From NCBI GenBank assembly GCA_965371515.1, contig CBDUYR010000007.1, positions 11,202-75,201 on the forward strand: a stretch of 64,000 nt of DNA, in the 5' to 3' direction. The DNA comes from an uncultured bacterium. GTDB taxonomy: Bacteria; Krumholzibacteriota; Krumholzibacteriia; Krumholzibacteriales; Krumholzibacteriaceae. Below the pieces are notes generated by a model. It was not told where the DNA came from. It did no database searches and saw only the letters and a list, made by a program, of their open reading frames with translations. Below, piece after piece: positions 8,072-17,668 of the stretch. Position numbers and translations under genes: made by a program. Positions within the stretch are counted from its first letter, which is position 1. Each line of letters starts with the position of its first letter.

Positions 8072-10840
8072 TTGGCATACATTCCACTTCACGTTCACAG
8101 CACGAACAGCCCCGGGATCGGGATGATGACGGTATCTGAGATCGTCGAGAGGGCAGCATTCCTGGGCATGCCTGCAATCGCGCTGACCGATCAATGGAAC
8201 ACATACGGACACTTCGAGTTAGCTAAAATGGCAGCGATAAATGGGATAAAGCCCATTTTCGGCGCCGAGGTGCGGCATCTCTCACTTACGGGGCACGACG
8301 ACGCGTTTCACCTCACTCTTCTCGCGGAAGACAACACGGGCTACGCGAACCTGACCAGGCTGGTAAGCCTGCATTACGAAAAGGAAGGCCAGCCGCATGT
8401 TACTGCGGAAGAGCTCGCCGGGCTGAGCGAAGGGGTCATCGCGCTCTCCGGGTGTATACGCGGCGAGGCCAACCAGGCCGTTCTTCATGGAAATCTCGGG
8501 ATGGAGAGGGAGGTGGTCGAAAGGTGTCTCGAGATATACGGGGAGAACCGATTCTATCTCGAGATAATGACCCACAATCACGAGCGCGAACAGCTTGTAC
8601 TCGACAAGATGATCCTGCTGTCGAAAAAACTCGGGATCCCGATGGTAGTGACGAACAACGACAGGTTTGTCTCGAAGGACGACGCTGTATATTACGAGGT
8701 ACTGCGGATGCTGGCCGGAAATATGAGTAAGGAAGAGGATTCCGAAACGCTCCCTGAGTATTATCTCAAGAGCAGGAAGGATCTCGAACCGTATTTCTAT
8801 TTCCTCGAAGAGGCGCTCGAGGTATCGGGAGAGATCGCGGAGAGGTGCCGGGTCGATCTCATAGATGGAACGACGATCTCATTCACGGAGGATCCCAACG
8901 AGGATGTCACTCTTTCAGAGAAATGCAACAGACGCTTCATACTCGAATTCCACACCACTGTAGATGGTGATTCGTTCGATCTGAAGAATCAGATGATGGA
9001 CGAGCTCGAGAGAGCGTCGATCGAGGAGATGTCAGGGTTTTTGCTCTTCCTGGAGAAAATTATCCGCAGATGTAAGCGGAGTGGAGAGTGGATCGAACTG
9101 GTTGGAAGCGACGTGTGCGAGAGCGTTATAGCATATCTGCTGGGAATCATACCCCTGAATCCCGCCGAGCATGGGCTAGTGTTCGAATCGTTCGGTGCGC
9201 CTGCGCCTGGAGTTCCGCCTGTCGTGGAGCTGCTCAGGTCGAAAGGGTCTCGCGACAGGCTGATGCGGGTGCTGGAAGAGCTGCTTCCAGGCTACCGGTT
9301 CCGTTTTCAGCTTCAGAGGGAGGATTCTTCATTCTCAACGCTCGTCAAGGAGCTCAGCGAAAAGTTCGAGATTGGGGAGACGCTGACAAATGAGATCGTT
9401 CAGTCGATTGCAGCCGCACGGAGGAGGGGCGGGCTGGCCGATATGCTCGAGAGCTCCGATAACCTCTCTCATATATACAACACTGACAGGACCGTGCGGA
9501 AGATCCTCCATTCAGCCACAGCACTGCAGGGACGCGTATCTCATTTTATTCACAATACATCCAAAATCGTTGTGTTACCGCCCGGGGCGGAAAGCAAAGT
9601 CGCATATGTAAGGGGAGACGGGGGCGACGAGTTCCTTATGCTCGATAGAGAAGCGATTGCTGCCCATGGAGGATGGAAGCTCGTGGTGCAGCAGTCCCAT
9701 TTCCTCTCTGCCCTGGCTGAAACGGTAGTAAGGATCAGGGGCACAGGCAAATATTGCGGATTACAGTCGGTATCCGAGAAGGACCACGAGCGGCCGGAAG
9801 AGTGGAGGCCGAAGGATCTCAACGACGTCAGCACTTTCGAGATGATATGCGAAGGGAACACTGATGGTGTCTATCTCCTCGAGAGCAGGGGGGTTCGCGA
9901 CCTTCTGACGACGATTAAGCCCCGCCTGTTCGACGACCTTGTCAACGTCATCTCGCTATACAGGCCCGCGCCTCTCGAGGGGAGGCTCTGGCAGAAGTAC
10001 GTCGAGAACGCCGATAAAAAGGGGAAGGTCTACCTCCCGCATCATTCGCTCGCCGGTCCTCTGGAGATGACACGCGGGCTGCTGCTCTACAAGGAACAGG
10101 TCAGAGAGATCCTGCTCGGGTCGGCAGGCCTGAGGGGGCAGGATGCCCTGTTCGTTGAAAGGGCGTTGGGAACAAGGGAAGCCTCGGACCTGCAGTCGGC
10201 GAGGCTGATATTCATACGCGGAGCGATGGACAGGGATATCGATGAGGAGGATGCGCAGAAGATATTCGACTACCTCCTGCACAACATCGAATTTACATTC
10301 GACAAGGTGTTCAGCTGCACGCAGGCGTATATCAGCTACAGATCCGCATTCCTCAAGGCCCACCACCCGGTAGAATATTTCTCCGCGCTGCTTGATTCGT
10401 CGGCCGACGTACGTGACAGAAAGAAGCGGTATCTCGACTATCTCGAGCTCAAGGGGCCGAAGGTGTTTCTTCCTGACGTGAATTTCAGCGGCCGTGGATT
10501 CATCGCCGAGAACGAATCGATCAGGGCTCCGATGTCGGAGGCATGTGATATGACCGTCGAGGAGGTCGAGACGATTCTGGGCGAAAGAGAAGAAGGCGCC
10601 TACGGTTCTCTGGAGGATTTCCTGAAGAGACTAAGCGGAAGGCTCTCCATGGAGACGGCGATGAACATGGCCGATTGCGGCCTGTTTGATTCGTTCGGGG
10701 AAGGGAGAAAAGCCATGCAGGAGGAAGTGCTCGCTTTCTACGACGAGCACGCCAGGGCGGGGGAGTTCTTCCGCGCGCCAGCTGAGACTGCGAAACCTAA
10801 GAAAAAGGACGACGGCCAGATGTCCCTGTTCGATGAATGA
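8072..10840 (+). CDS. DNA polymerase III alpha (DnaE)-like protein, predicted catalytically inactive
   Basis: Probable TTG start at 8072 after GGGAG. PHP domain (LHVHS, AIALTD, GIKPIFGAE, HLTLLA) and fingers region (LYRPAP, YKEQV, LKAHHP) are recognisable. Palm motifs are substituted. Ends in QMSLFDE. Confidence 0.85.
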   Translation: MAYIPLHVHSTNSPGIGMMTVSEIVERAAFLGMPAIALTDQWNTYGHFELAKMAAINGIKPIFGAEVRHLSLTGHDDAFHLTLLAEDNTGYANLTRLVSLHYEKEGQPHVTAEELAGLSEGVIALSGCIRGEANQAVLHGNLGMEREVVERCLEIYGENRFYLEIMTHNHEREQLVLDKMILLSKKLGIPMVVTNNDRFVSKDDAVYYEVLRMLAGNMSKEEDSETLPEYYLKSRKDLEPYFYFLEEALEVSGEIAERCRVDLIDGTTISFTEDPNEDVTLSEKCNRRFILEFHTTVDGDSFDLKNQMMDELERASIEEMSGFLLFLEKIIRRCKRSGEWIELVGSDVCESVIAYLLGIIPLNPAEHGLVFESFGAPAPGVPPVVELLRSKGSRDRLMRVLEELLPGYRFRFQLQREDSSFSTLVKELSEKFEIGETLTNEIVQSIAAARRRGGLADMLESSDNLSHIYNTDRTVRKILHSATALQGRVSHFIHNTSKIVVLPPGAESKVAYVRGDGGDEFLMLDREAIAAHGGWKLVVQQSHFLSALAETVVRIRGTGKYCGLQSVSEKDHERPEEWRPKDLNDVSTFEMICEGNTDGVYLLESRGVRDLLTTIKPRLFDDLVNVISLYRPAPLEGRLWQKYVENADKKGKVYLPHHSLAGPLEMTRGLLLYKEQVREILLGSAGLRGQDALFVERALGTREASDLQSARLIFIRGAMDRDIDEEDAQKIFDYLLHNIEFTFDKVFSCTQAYISYRSAFLKAHHPVEYFSALLDSSADVRDRKKRYLDYLELKGPKVFLPDVNFSGRGFIAENESIRAPMSEACDMTVEEVETILGEREEGAYGSLEDFLKRLSGRLSMETAMNMADCGLFDSFGEGRKAMQEEVLAFYDEHARAGEFFRAPAETAKPKKKDDGQMSLFDE

Positions 10841-10855
10841 GAACCCCTTTTTCGT

Positions 10856-10884
10856 TTGACTTGGGGCTGTTCCATTGCTAAATT
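10856..10884 (+). promoter_or_regulatory. Sigma70-type promoter for tRNA-Glu
   Basis: TTGACT, 17-bp spacer, TAAATT with an extended TG, 36 nt upstream of the tRNA. Confidence 0.7.
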
Positions 10885-10920
10885 CCGACAGTCCGAAAAA
10901 AGTACTGCACTAATTAAGGC

Positions 10921-10998
10921 GTCCCCATCGTCTAGCCAGGTCTAGGACACTGCCCTTTCACGGCGGCAACACGGGTTCGAATCCCGTTGGGGGCGCCA
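10921..10998 (+). tRNA. tRNA-Glu (TTC)
   Basis: Acceptor stem GTCCCCA/TGGGGGC, anticodon loop CTTTCAC, T-loop GGTTCGAATCC, encoded CCA end. Confidence 0.97.
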
Positions 10999-11099
10999 TT
11001 TTGGTTTAAACAATGCCCAGAATTAATCTGTCCGTATTTTACTCAAAGGGAAGAGCGAGGACTATAACTGCAACTGATCTTCGGAATAGAGGTGATATT

Positions 11100-12245
11100 G
11101 TGAATCCGTACGATCTTTCTCTGGCAACAATAGAGCAACTGGTCCAGCAGCACGGAACACCTATATACATAGTAAGCAAAAAGAAACTCATAGAAAATTT
11201 CCAGCTTCTCGATAAAGCCCTGCCTGCCGTTAAAATCTACTATGCAGTGAAGGCGAATCCACATGAAGAAATCCTGGAGACCCTGGCCGGAATCGGCGCT
11301 GGTTTTGATGTCGCCTCGAAGGGCGAGATTCTGAGTGCCATCAAGGCAGGAGCACACGCCAGGGATGATCTCATCTTTGCCGACACCGTGAAGGATCCGA
11401 AACATATTGCCTTTGCGTACAGCATCGGTCTCGATGACTTTACGTACGACAACATGTCGGAGATCCAGCAGATCGCCAGACACGCACCCGGTTCATATGT
11501 CCATCTCAGGATCGCCGTTTCGAACAAGGGAAGTGTTGCGCATCTCAGCAAGAAGTTCGGGGCGCAAGTCGAAGAGGCCATTCCACTGCTGCTCGCAGCC
11601 CGTGACCAAGGTCTGCAGCCCAGGGGGGTCAGCTTTCATGTTGGCAGCCAGTGTCTCGACGTCAATCGTTACGTGGAAGCGCTTGATTCAACCAGGGTGA
11701 TTTTCGAGCAGGCCAGACAGGAAGATCTGAAACTGGAGATGATCGACATCGGCGGCGGTTTTCCAGTGAGGTATATCGATGAGAACATCAACCTGGAAAG
11801 TATGTGTAAAACGATCGTCGATCATTACAGGAATCTGTTCGGCGATGAAATCATGCTGGTTGCAGAGCCTGGCCGAAGCATAGTGGGAGATGCCGTGATT
11901 CTTGTAACCAAGGTCATCTCAGAATCGGTACGCGATGGCAGGAACTGGTTGTATTTCGACGACGGCACCTACGGAAGTTTCCTGGATGTATTGCTGTACA
12001 AGATGAAGTTCCCGATGAGGACCAACACATCCGGCAGGATGACGAACTATGTTCTGGCGGGCCCTACTTGTGACTGTATAGACGTTTTCTCGAGGGATGC
12101 GGAAGGTGAAATCTGTGAGGTGGAGCTTCCTGAGACACACGTCGACGACCTGCTTATCGCGGGAAGCATGGGTGCTTACACCTATTCGGAATCGACGCGG
12201 TTCAACGGCTTCGACCCGCCTAAGTTTGTGTATATCGATAATTGA
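11100..12245 (+). CDS. Fold-type III PLP-dependent ornithine/lysine decarboxylase
   Basis: YAVKAN (PLP Lys), FHVGSQ, DIGGGF, EPGR, GPTCD and GAYT motifs. Probable GTG start at 11100 after GAGGTG; the ORF track extends to 11013. Confidence 0.9.
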   Translation: MNPYDLSLATIEQLVQQHGTPIYIVSKKKLIENFQLLDKALPAVKIYYAVKANPHEEILETLAGIGAGFDVASKGEILSAIKAGAHARDDLIFADTVKDPKHIAFAYSIGLDDFTYDNMSEIQQIARHAPGSYVHLRIAVSNKGSVAHLSKKFGAQVEEAIPLLLAARDQGLQPRGVSFHVGSQCLDVNRYVEALDSTRVIFEQARQEDLKLEMIDIGGGFPVRYIDENINLESMCKTIVDHYRNLFGDEIMLVAEPGRSIVGDAVILVTKVISESVRDGRNWLYFDDGTYGSFLDVLLYKMKFPMRTNTSGRMTNYVLAGPTCDCIDVFSRDAEGEICEVELPETHVDDLLIAGSMGAYTYSESTRFNGFDPPKFVYIDN

Positions 12246-12400
12246 ACTGGTGTGAGGATCTGCTTTGAGTTAGATTCATCCATGATTCGGCCTTACGAGA
12301 GAATCAGAACTGACAAAATATCCTGGTATTTGCGGTTCATCACGAAAATCGAGGCACTCAGGTAAGACAACAGTCTGATATTGGCGTAAAAGGAGCGTAA

Positions 12401-13852
12401 ATGCGCCTGATTCTCATCAACCCGCGCAATCCGCTGGTGAATGTCAATAAAAAGAGCAACTACTGGAACAAGTACCGCCTGTGGAAGCCGCTTGGACTAC
12501 TCGTGCTGGCCGGACTTACACCGCCGGAGTGGGAGATCACGGTGGTTGATGAGAATGTGGACACACCCGACTATTCGCTGATGCCTCGACCGGACCTGGT
12601 GGGTGTGACCGCGTTCACATCTCAGGCGCCGCGGGCGTATGAGGTGGCCGCGGTATTTCGCGGCCGGGGAGTGCCCGTTGTGATGGGTGGGATCCACGCC
12701 ACCATGCGCCGGGAAGAAGCAGCGAAACGAGTGGATGTCGTGGTGACTGGCGAGGCCGAGAGCGTCTGGGCACAGGTGCTGGAAGATGCAGCACGCGGCG
12801 CCTTGAGGCCTTTATACGCCGGCGGTCATGAGGAAATGGATAGGACTCCGCCTGCCCGTCACGATCTCCTGCCGACCGGCTATAAGTTCGGGGCCATTCA
12901 AACCACGCGTGGTTGTCCCCTCAACTGCAGTTTCTGCAGCGTCAGCCCGTTCAACGGAAGGAAGTACAGGCGCCGCTCGAAAGAGGAAGTCGTGGCAGAG
13001 TTCAAGCTGATCAGAGAGAAACTCGTACTTGTCGTAGACGACAATCTGATCGGCACTCGTCAGGATCATATCGCGCGGGCAAAGGATCTGTTCAGGGCGA
13101 TGATAGAGGCAGATCTCGGCAAGAAGTGGGTCTGCCAGGCGACGATCAATATGGCTGATGATGACGAGCTGCTCCGACTGGCCAGTCGGGCCGGGTGTAT
13201 AGGCGCTTTCATCGGATTCGAAACGACTACCGACGAGGGGCTGGCCGAGGTGCACAAGAACTACAATATTCAGAAAGACCGTGATTTCAGAGCTTCGGTA
13301 CGCCGGATCCAGCGCCACGGTATCACTGTTGCCGGTTCGTTTATCATGGGCCTGGACGTCGATCGGCCGGGAATTGGCCTGAACATCGCCGATACGGCCA
13401 ATCAGTATGGCGTGGATATGCTGAACGTGCTGTTCCTGACGCCATTGCCCGGGACAGTCCTCTGGGATAAGATGGAGAAGGAAGGACGGATTGTCTCGAC
13501 CCGATTCCCCGAGGACTGGAAGTACTTTACGCTGTCACTACCCGTGGGGCGTTATAAAAATTTCACACAGGATGAGATCCTCGACGAGATGAGCTCCTGT
13601 ACCCAAAAGTTCTATTCGCTGCGAGGAATTCTGCGCCGAGTGGCACGCAATCTCTGGAAGAGGCAGCATCCCTTCGTTACCCTGGCAGCGAACCTCTCCT
13701 ATCGCAATAACGGCCGCTTGAGCCGGAATGTGTGCCAGGAATTCAAGCGGACCAGCGACCTGTTGCAAAAGGTACTACCACTGCCCTCAACGGGCGACAA
13801 TCTGCATGTCCTTGCACCACGTCTCATAGTACAGGAGTCGAATCGGGACTGA
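12401..13852 (+). CDS. B12-binding domain radical SAM protein
   Basis: N-terminal cobalamin-binding domain (PLGLL, DLVG, GGIHAT, GEAE); RGCPLNCSFC CxxxCxxC motif; LTPLPGT; AAGGAG RBS. Confidence 0.9.
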   Translation: MRLILINPRNPLVNVNKKSNYWNKYRLWKPLGLLVLAGLTPPEWEITVVDENVDTPDYSLMPRPDLVGVTAFTSQAPRAYEVAAVFRGRGVPVVMGGIHATMRREEAAKRVDVVVTGEAESVWAQVLEDAARGALRPLYAGGHEEMDRTPPARHDLLPTGYKFGAIQTTRGCPLNCSFCSVSPFNGRKYRRRSKEEVVAEFKLIREKLVLVVDDNLIGTRQDHIARAKDLFRAMIEADLGKKWVCQATINMADDDELLRLASRAGCIGAFIGFETTTDEGLAEVHKNYNIQKDRDFRASVRRIQRHGITVAGSFIMGLDVDRPGIGLNIADTANQYGVDMLNVLFLTPLPGTVLWDKMEKEGRIVSTRFPEDWKYFTLSLPVGRYKNFTQDEILDEMSSCTQKFYSLRGILRRVARNLWKRQHPFVTLAANLSYRNNGRLSRNVCQEFKRTSDLLQKVLPLPSTGDNLHVLAPRLIVQESNRD

Positions 13853-13893
13853 CGCACGATTGGATCGTCTCAGCTGGACTCACCAATTCAATT

Positions 13894-15201
13894 CTAGTGG
13901 ATCACGATGATCTTCCTGGCTTGAACGTCGTTCAGCGTCTGACCGGTGACCATCAACCGGCCGAAGTAGATGCCGGCTGAAACGCTCCGCCCGTGTCCAT
14001 TCCGTCCATCCCACTGGACAAGATGCGTTCCGGCTTCCCGGGACTCATCAGACAGCCTGCGCACCAGGCGGCCGCGCGAATCATAGATGCTCAACTGAAC
14101 CTTTGCCCTGGAGGGCAGTGAAAAGCGAAGACTTGTTGTTCCACTGGAAGGATTCGGGCCGGCGACGTCGAAGAATACCCGCGTGCTGCCGGTCTCTGAT
14201 TCAATGACATCCGTCTGTCCAGAAGTCAGCAGTGTAAAGTCGTCTCCGAATATGTACAGGGCCTGCCCGATCTTGCCGTCGAGTTCGCGGAATTCAAACT
14301 GCCTGAAGCCGGCGAGGCGCGTATCGATCGCCCCGAAGAATTGGAAACCGCTGGTGATAGGACCTCCAGCGAGCAGGGTCAGGTCATCCAGGACAATCCC
14401 TACGTTGGCGCCGAAGATGCCGGTGATGTAGCCGCCCACACCGTGCAGAGGGATCATGCCAGGTTCCAGGATCCCTGTGAAACCATCGTGGTACAGGCAG
14501 TACTCCGGTGGATTATCGATGTCACACTCTCCAGGCGTTCCAGTGGCGGAACCGTGCTCAGGGTCGAAGACTCCCCAAAGGCCGGTTCGAGCCGGACCAG
14601 ACCCGGTAGTGATCTCGTTCCAGTCTGGAGTATAGGCATGGTTTGATTGCCACTTTACACCCCGGCTGCTGATGACGAGGGCTGTGTTAGGAGAACGTGC
14701 GATGCCCCACGCAGTATCGTCCTCGAAGCCCTCCTGGAAACCGACGTATCCATGCTCGGCGGCTTTTGCCAGGAAGGCGGACTCGTTCCAGCAGACAAAT
14801 ACATCGGGCCCGCCTGTGCAGGCGGTTAATGTGACGGTCGCCAGGTCCGACACGGCGCCGAAGACTGCCCTGTAGACGAAACTGTCCATGCCGTCGAATG
14901 TCGATCCGGGCGAGTAGCTGAAAGATCCATTGGAGTTCAGCACGAGTGTGCCATGGAGGACGTCTGTCACCAGTTCAGCGGTGGAACCTGACTCCCCCGC
15001 GTTTTCGCCATCAAGGATGTCATTTTCAAGAACGCCGAACGCCTCGATCTCCAGTGTGATGCCAAACGGGATGCCGAAGTTATCGTCATAGGCCGTCAGG
15101 TCCTGGGCTCTGACAGAAACAGCACTGACCATCAACAGCAGGCATACATAGATAACAGGGTATTTCGAGGACTTCACTGATTTCTGATTTGACATTAACA
15201 T
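13894..15201 (-). CDS. Secreted protein with an N-terminal Ig-like (tandem-95/Big-type) domain and a C-terminal FlgD-Ig/T9SS-like sorting domain
   Basis: Signal peptide (VRA-Q); GVLEND...HGTLVLNSNGSFSYSP...DSFVY; C-terminal PNP...IYDSRGRLVRRL...WDGRN...SAGIYF. Confidence 0.8.
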   Translation of the reverse strand: MLMSNQKSVKSSKYPVIYVCLLLMVSAVSVRAQDLTAYDDNFGIPFGITLEIEAFGVLENDILDGENAGESGSTAELVTDVLHGTLVLNSNGSFSYSPGSTFDGMDSFVYRAVFGAVSDLATVTLTACTGGPDVFVCWNESAFLAKAAEHGYVGFQEGFEDDTAWGIARSPNTALVISSRGVKWQSNHAYTPDWNEITTGSGPARTGLWGVFDPEHGSATGTPGECDIDNPPEYCLYHDGFTGILEPGMIPLHGVGGYITGIFGANVGIVLDDLTLLAGGPITSGFQFFGAIDTRLAGFRQFEFRELDGKIGQALYIFGDDFTLLTSGQTDVIESETGSTRVFFDVAGPNPSSGTTSLRFSLPSRAKVQLSIYDSRGRLVRRLSDESREAGTHLVQWDGRNGHGRSVSAGIYFGRLMVTGQTLNDVQARKIIVIH

Positions 15202-15469
15202 CTCCTGTTCAGGATTCCTGAAATTACGGGATGTGGAGATTTATTCCGAGAATAGTATACTATATATGTCAGTTATCGGCAAGAGAAGAGCGGGGAGAGG
15301 AGGAATAGAATAAGAGAAAACGTTAACAGAAGTCACGAGATCTATCGTGGAATCTTTTTCTCCAGCCATGGGCAAAAGCGGACTTTTTCAAGTGAATGAA
15401 TATCTGTTACAATCGAAAGCGTTGCTATCTAGTTCTGAGTAATTTGAACCCATCCAGGATTGCTACGAG

Positions 15470-17668
15470 GTGAATAAGATGCTGCGCATAGGAAAATTCC
15501 GATTCCCAACATCGCGGAGGAATGTATTTCCGGTTACCGCTGTGAGTGTACTGTGCCTGATAGTACTCACCGCCGTCCCGGTCTTGGCCAAGGCGCAGGG
15601 CGCCCAGAACTGGCCCATCATCCACCATGACATCCGGGCCATGATCCAGCCCGCTGCCAGCCGGCTCGAGGTGACCGACCGCATCGAACTTGTCCACCCG
15701 CCCGATCCCGCCCGCCCCCTGCGCCTTCTGCTGCACCGGGATCTAACGATTGACTCCGTCGATCTGGAGGGGACACCGCTCGAAGTGGAGCGGAGTGAGG
15801 GTTTCAAGCCACGTCACTTCTGGGAACGGCCGGATTATGAACACATTGACGCATACGCCGCCGCGAGTGAGGTCACAGTCTATCCGCCGGCCGGAGGCTG
15901 GCCGGACGAACCAATCATCACCCTGCATTATGCAGGCACTGTGTACGACAGCCTGCGTTCGCCCGAAGTAGCCTACGGCCGCGGCTTCGAGACGACGAAC
16001 GGGCTCATCGGTGAACGTGGTGCCTACCTGGCGGGTATGACGTTCTGGATTCCCTGGAGTGGGGATGGCCTTTTCCGCTTCCGGCTCCGTGCGGATGTGC
16101 CGCCGGGCTGGGAGAGCGTGAGCCAGGGCACCCTGGACGAACGGCGCGTCACAAAGGACGGCCGTGTTGAATCGCTTTGGGTGGTGGGAGATCCTATGAC
16201 CGAAGCGTACCTGATCGCCGGTCCTTATGTCGTCCGGGAGAAGGACCACGGCGATGTGACGGCCTATACGTTCACCTATAAAAATACGCCCGAGGATCTT
16301 TGCCAGACCTACCTCGATGCCACCGGTAAATATCTCGAGCTATATAACGGAATGATCGGTCCCTATCCGTTCGACAAATTCGCCGTGGTCGAGAACTGGT
16401 GGCAGACGGGATTCGGCATGCCGAGCTTCACACTGCTCGGTGACCGGGTGATCCGCCTCCCCTTCATCGTTCATACGAGCTTTGGCCACGAGATTCTCCA
16501 CAACTGGTGGGGCAACGGTGTCTTCGTCGACTATGAGGGCGGGAACTGGTGCGAGGGGCTCACGACGTACCTGGCTGACTATTCATACAAGGCACGCGAG
16601 AGCGACGCTGCCGCCCGGGAATACAGGCTCAGTCAGCTTCAAGCCTATCTGGACTATGCAAGCGACGGGGAGGACGACTTCCCCATCCGTCGCTTCACAG
16701 AACGCGAAAGCGCTGCCACGCAGGCCGTGGGATACGGCAAGACCATGATGGTGTTTCACATGGCAAGCCGGCTTCTCGGAGAAGATACTTTTTTCAACGG
16801 CCTTCGCCGGTTCTATGATGATTATCTCTTCGAGGAAGCGAACTGGGACGACCTCATTCACAGTTTTGAAACGGCTTCTGATCGGTCACTCAGTGCGTGG
16901 TTCGAACAGTGGATAGGACGGCCAGGTGCTCCGATTCTCTCGGTGGCCAGGGTTGCCGGTGTAGATGATGAGACTGGGGTCTGGGTCGAGCTCAGGCAGG
17001 AGCAACCCTTCTACGATCTTCAGGTACCGATCCAGTTCGATTCCTGTGGCGAAGTCCACTCACGAGAGGTTCCCCTGGACTCTGCCGCGGCCCGGGTAGT
17101 ACTCCCTGAGGGCACGCGCTGGATGGCTGTCGATCCGGATTTCGATATATTCCGTAAACTCCACCGCGGGGAGATCCCTCCCGCGCTCAGCCAGATCCTC
17201 GGGGCCGACTCGGTCATCGTGGTGATGGGTTCACGCTGCGCGTCCGGCATGGCCGGCGCCCTGGAGAAGCTTGCGGCTGACTGGGGCCGTAACCACGACG
17301 CGATCGTTGTGGCCGAGGCGGATTTCACGGAACCGGATGGTCGCGCTGTGTGGCTTTTCGGGGAGGGGAGACTGGTCGATGAGGTCTTCGCTGGAACCAG
17401 GGCCTTCGGCGATTCGCCGGTGAAGCTGCGGGCCGATGCTCTGGAGGGGGGAAGAACACTCGTGGCAAGCTTCCGGGATCCGGATCACGATGAGATCCCC
17501 TGGACGGTAGTGCTTCCTGCCGATGCTTCGGTGGTAGAGGCACTGGGCCGAAAGCTTCCGCATTATGGTCGCTACAGCTATCTCGTCTTCGAAGGCGAGA
17601 CCAATATAGACAAAGGCAGCTGGGTCGTCGAGAGCTCCCCACTGCGCCTGGATTTGCTGGAGGAATGA
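15470..17668 (+). CDS. Secreted M1-family zinc aminopeptidase
   Basis: Signal peptide; GPYPFDKF, GFGMPS, HEILHNWWG (HExxH), NWCEG and YGK motifs. Confidence 0.88.
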   Translation: MNKMLRIGKFRFPTSRRNVFPVTAVSVLCLIVLTAVPVLAKAQGAQNWPIIHHDIRAMIQPAASRLEVTDRIELVHPPDPARPLRLLLHRDLTIDSVDLEGTPLEVERSEGFKPRHFWERPDYEHIDAYAAASEVTVYPPAGGWPDEPIITLHYAGTVYDSLRSPEVAYGRGFETTNGLIGERGAYLAGMTFWIPWSGDGLFRFRLRADVPPGWESVSQGTLDERRVTKDGRVESLWVVGDPMTEAYLIAGPYVVREKDHGDVTAYTFTYKNTPEDLCQTYLDATGKYLELYNGMIGPYPFDKFAVVENWWQTGFGMPSFTLLGDRVIRLPFIVHTSFGHEILHNWWGNGVFVDYEGGNWCEGLTTYLADYSYKARESDAAAREYRLSQLQAYLDYASDGEDDFPIRRFTERESAATQAVGYGKTMMVFHMASRLLGEDTFFNGLRRFYDDYLFEEANWDDLIHSFETASDRSLSAWFEQWIGRPGAPILSVARVAGVDDETGVWVELRQEQPFYDLQVPIQFDSCGEVHSREVPLDSAAARVVLPEGTRWMAVDPDFDIFRKLHRGEIPPALSQILGADSVIVVMGSRCASGMAGALEKLAADWGRNHDAIVVAEADFTEPDGRAVWLFGEGRLVDEVFAGTRAFGDSPVKLRADALEGGRTLVASFRDPDHDEIPWTVVLPADASVVEALGRKLPHYGRYSYLVFEGETNIDKGSWVVESSPLRLDLLEE

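Noticed and set aside
7890..10840. Possible DnaE2/ImuABC SOS mutagenesis cassette
   Set aside because: No imuA, imuB or lexA nearby, no SOS box recognised, and DnaE2 retains the catalytic aspartates that this protein lacks.
8072..10840. Calling the DnaE-like gene a pseudogene
   Set aside because: The frame is open for 922 codons with an RBS and retained structural and clamp motifs. Decay is not excluded but is not evident.
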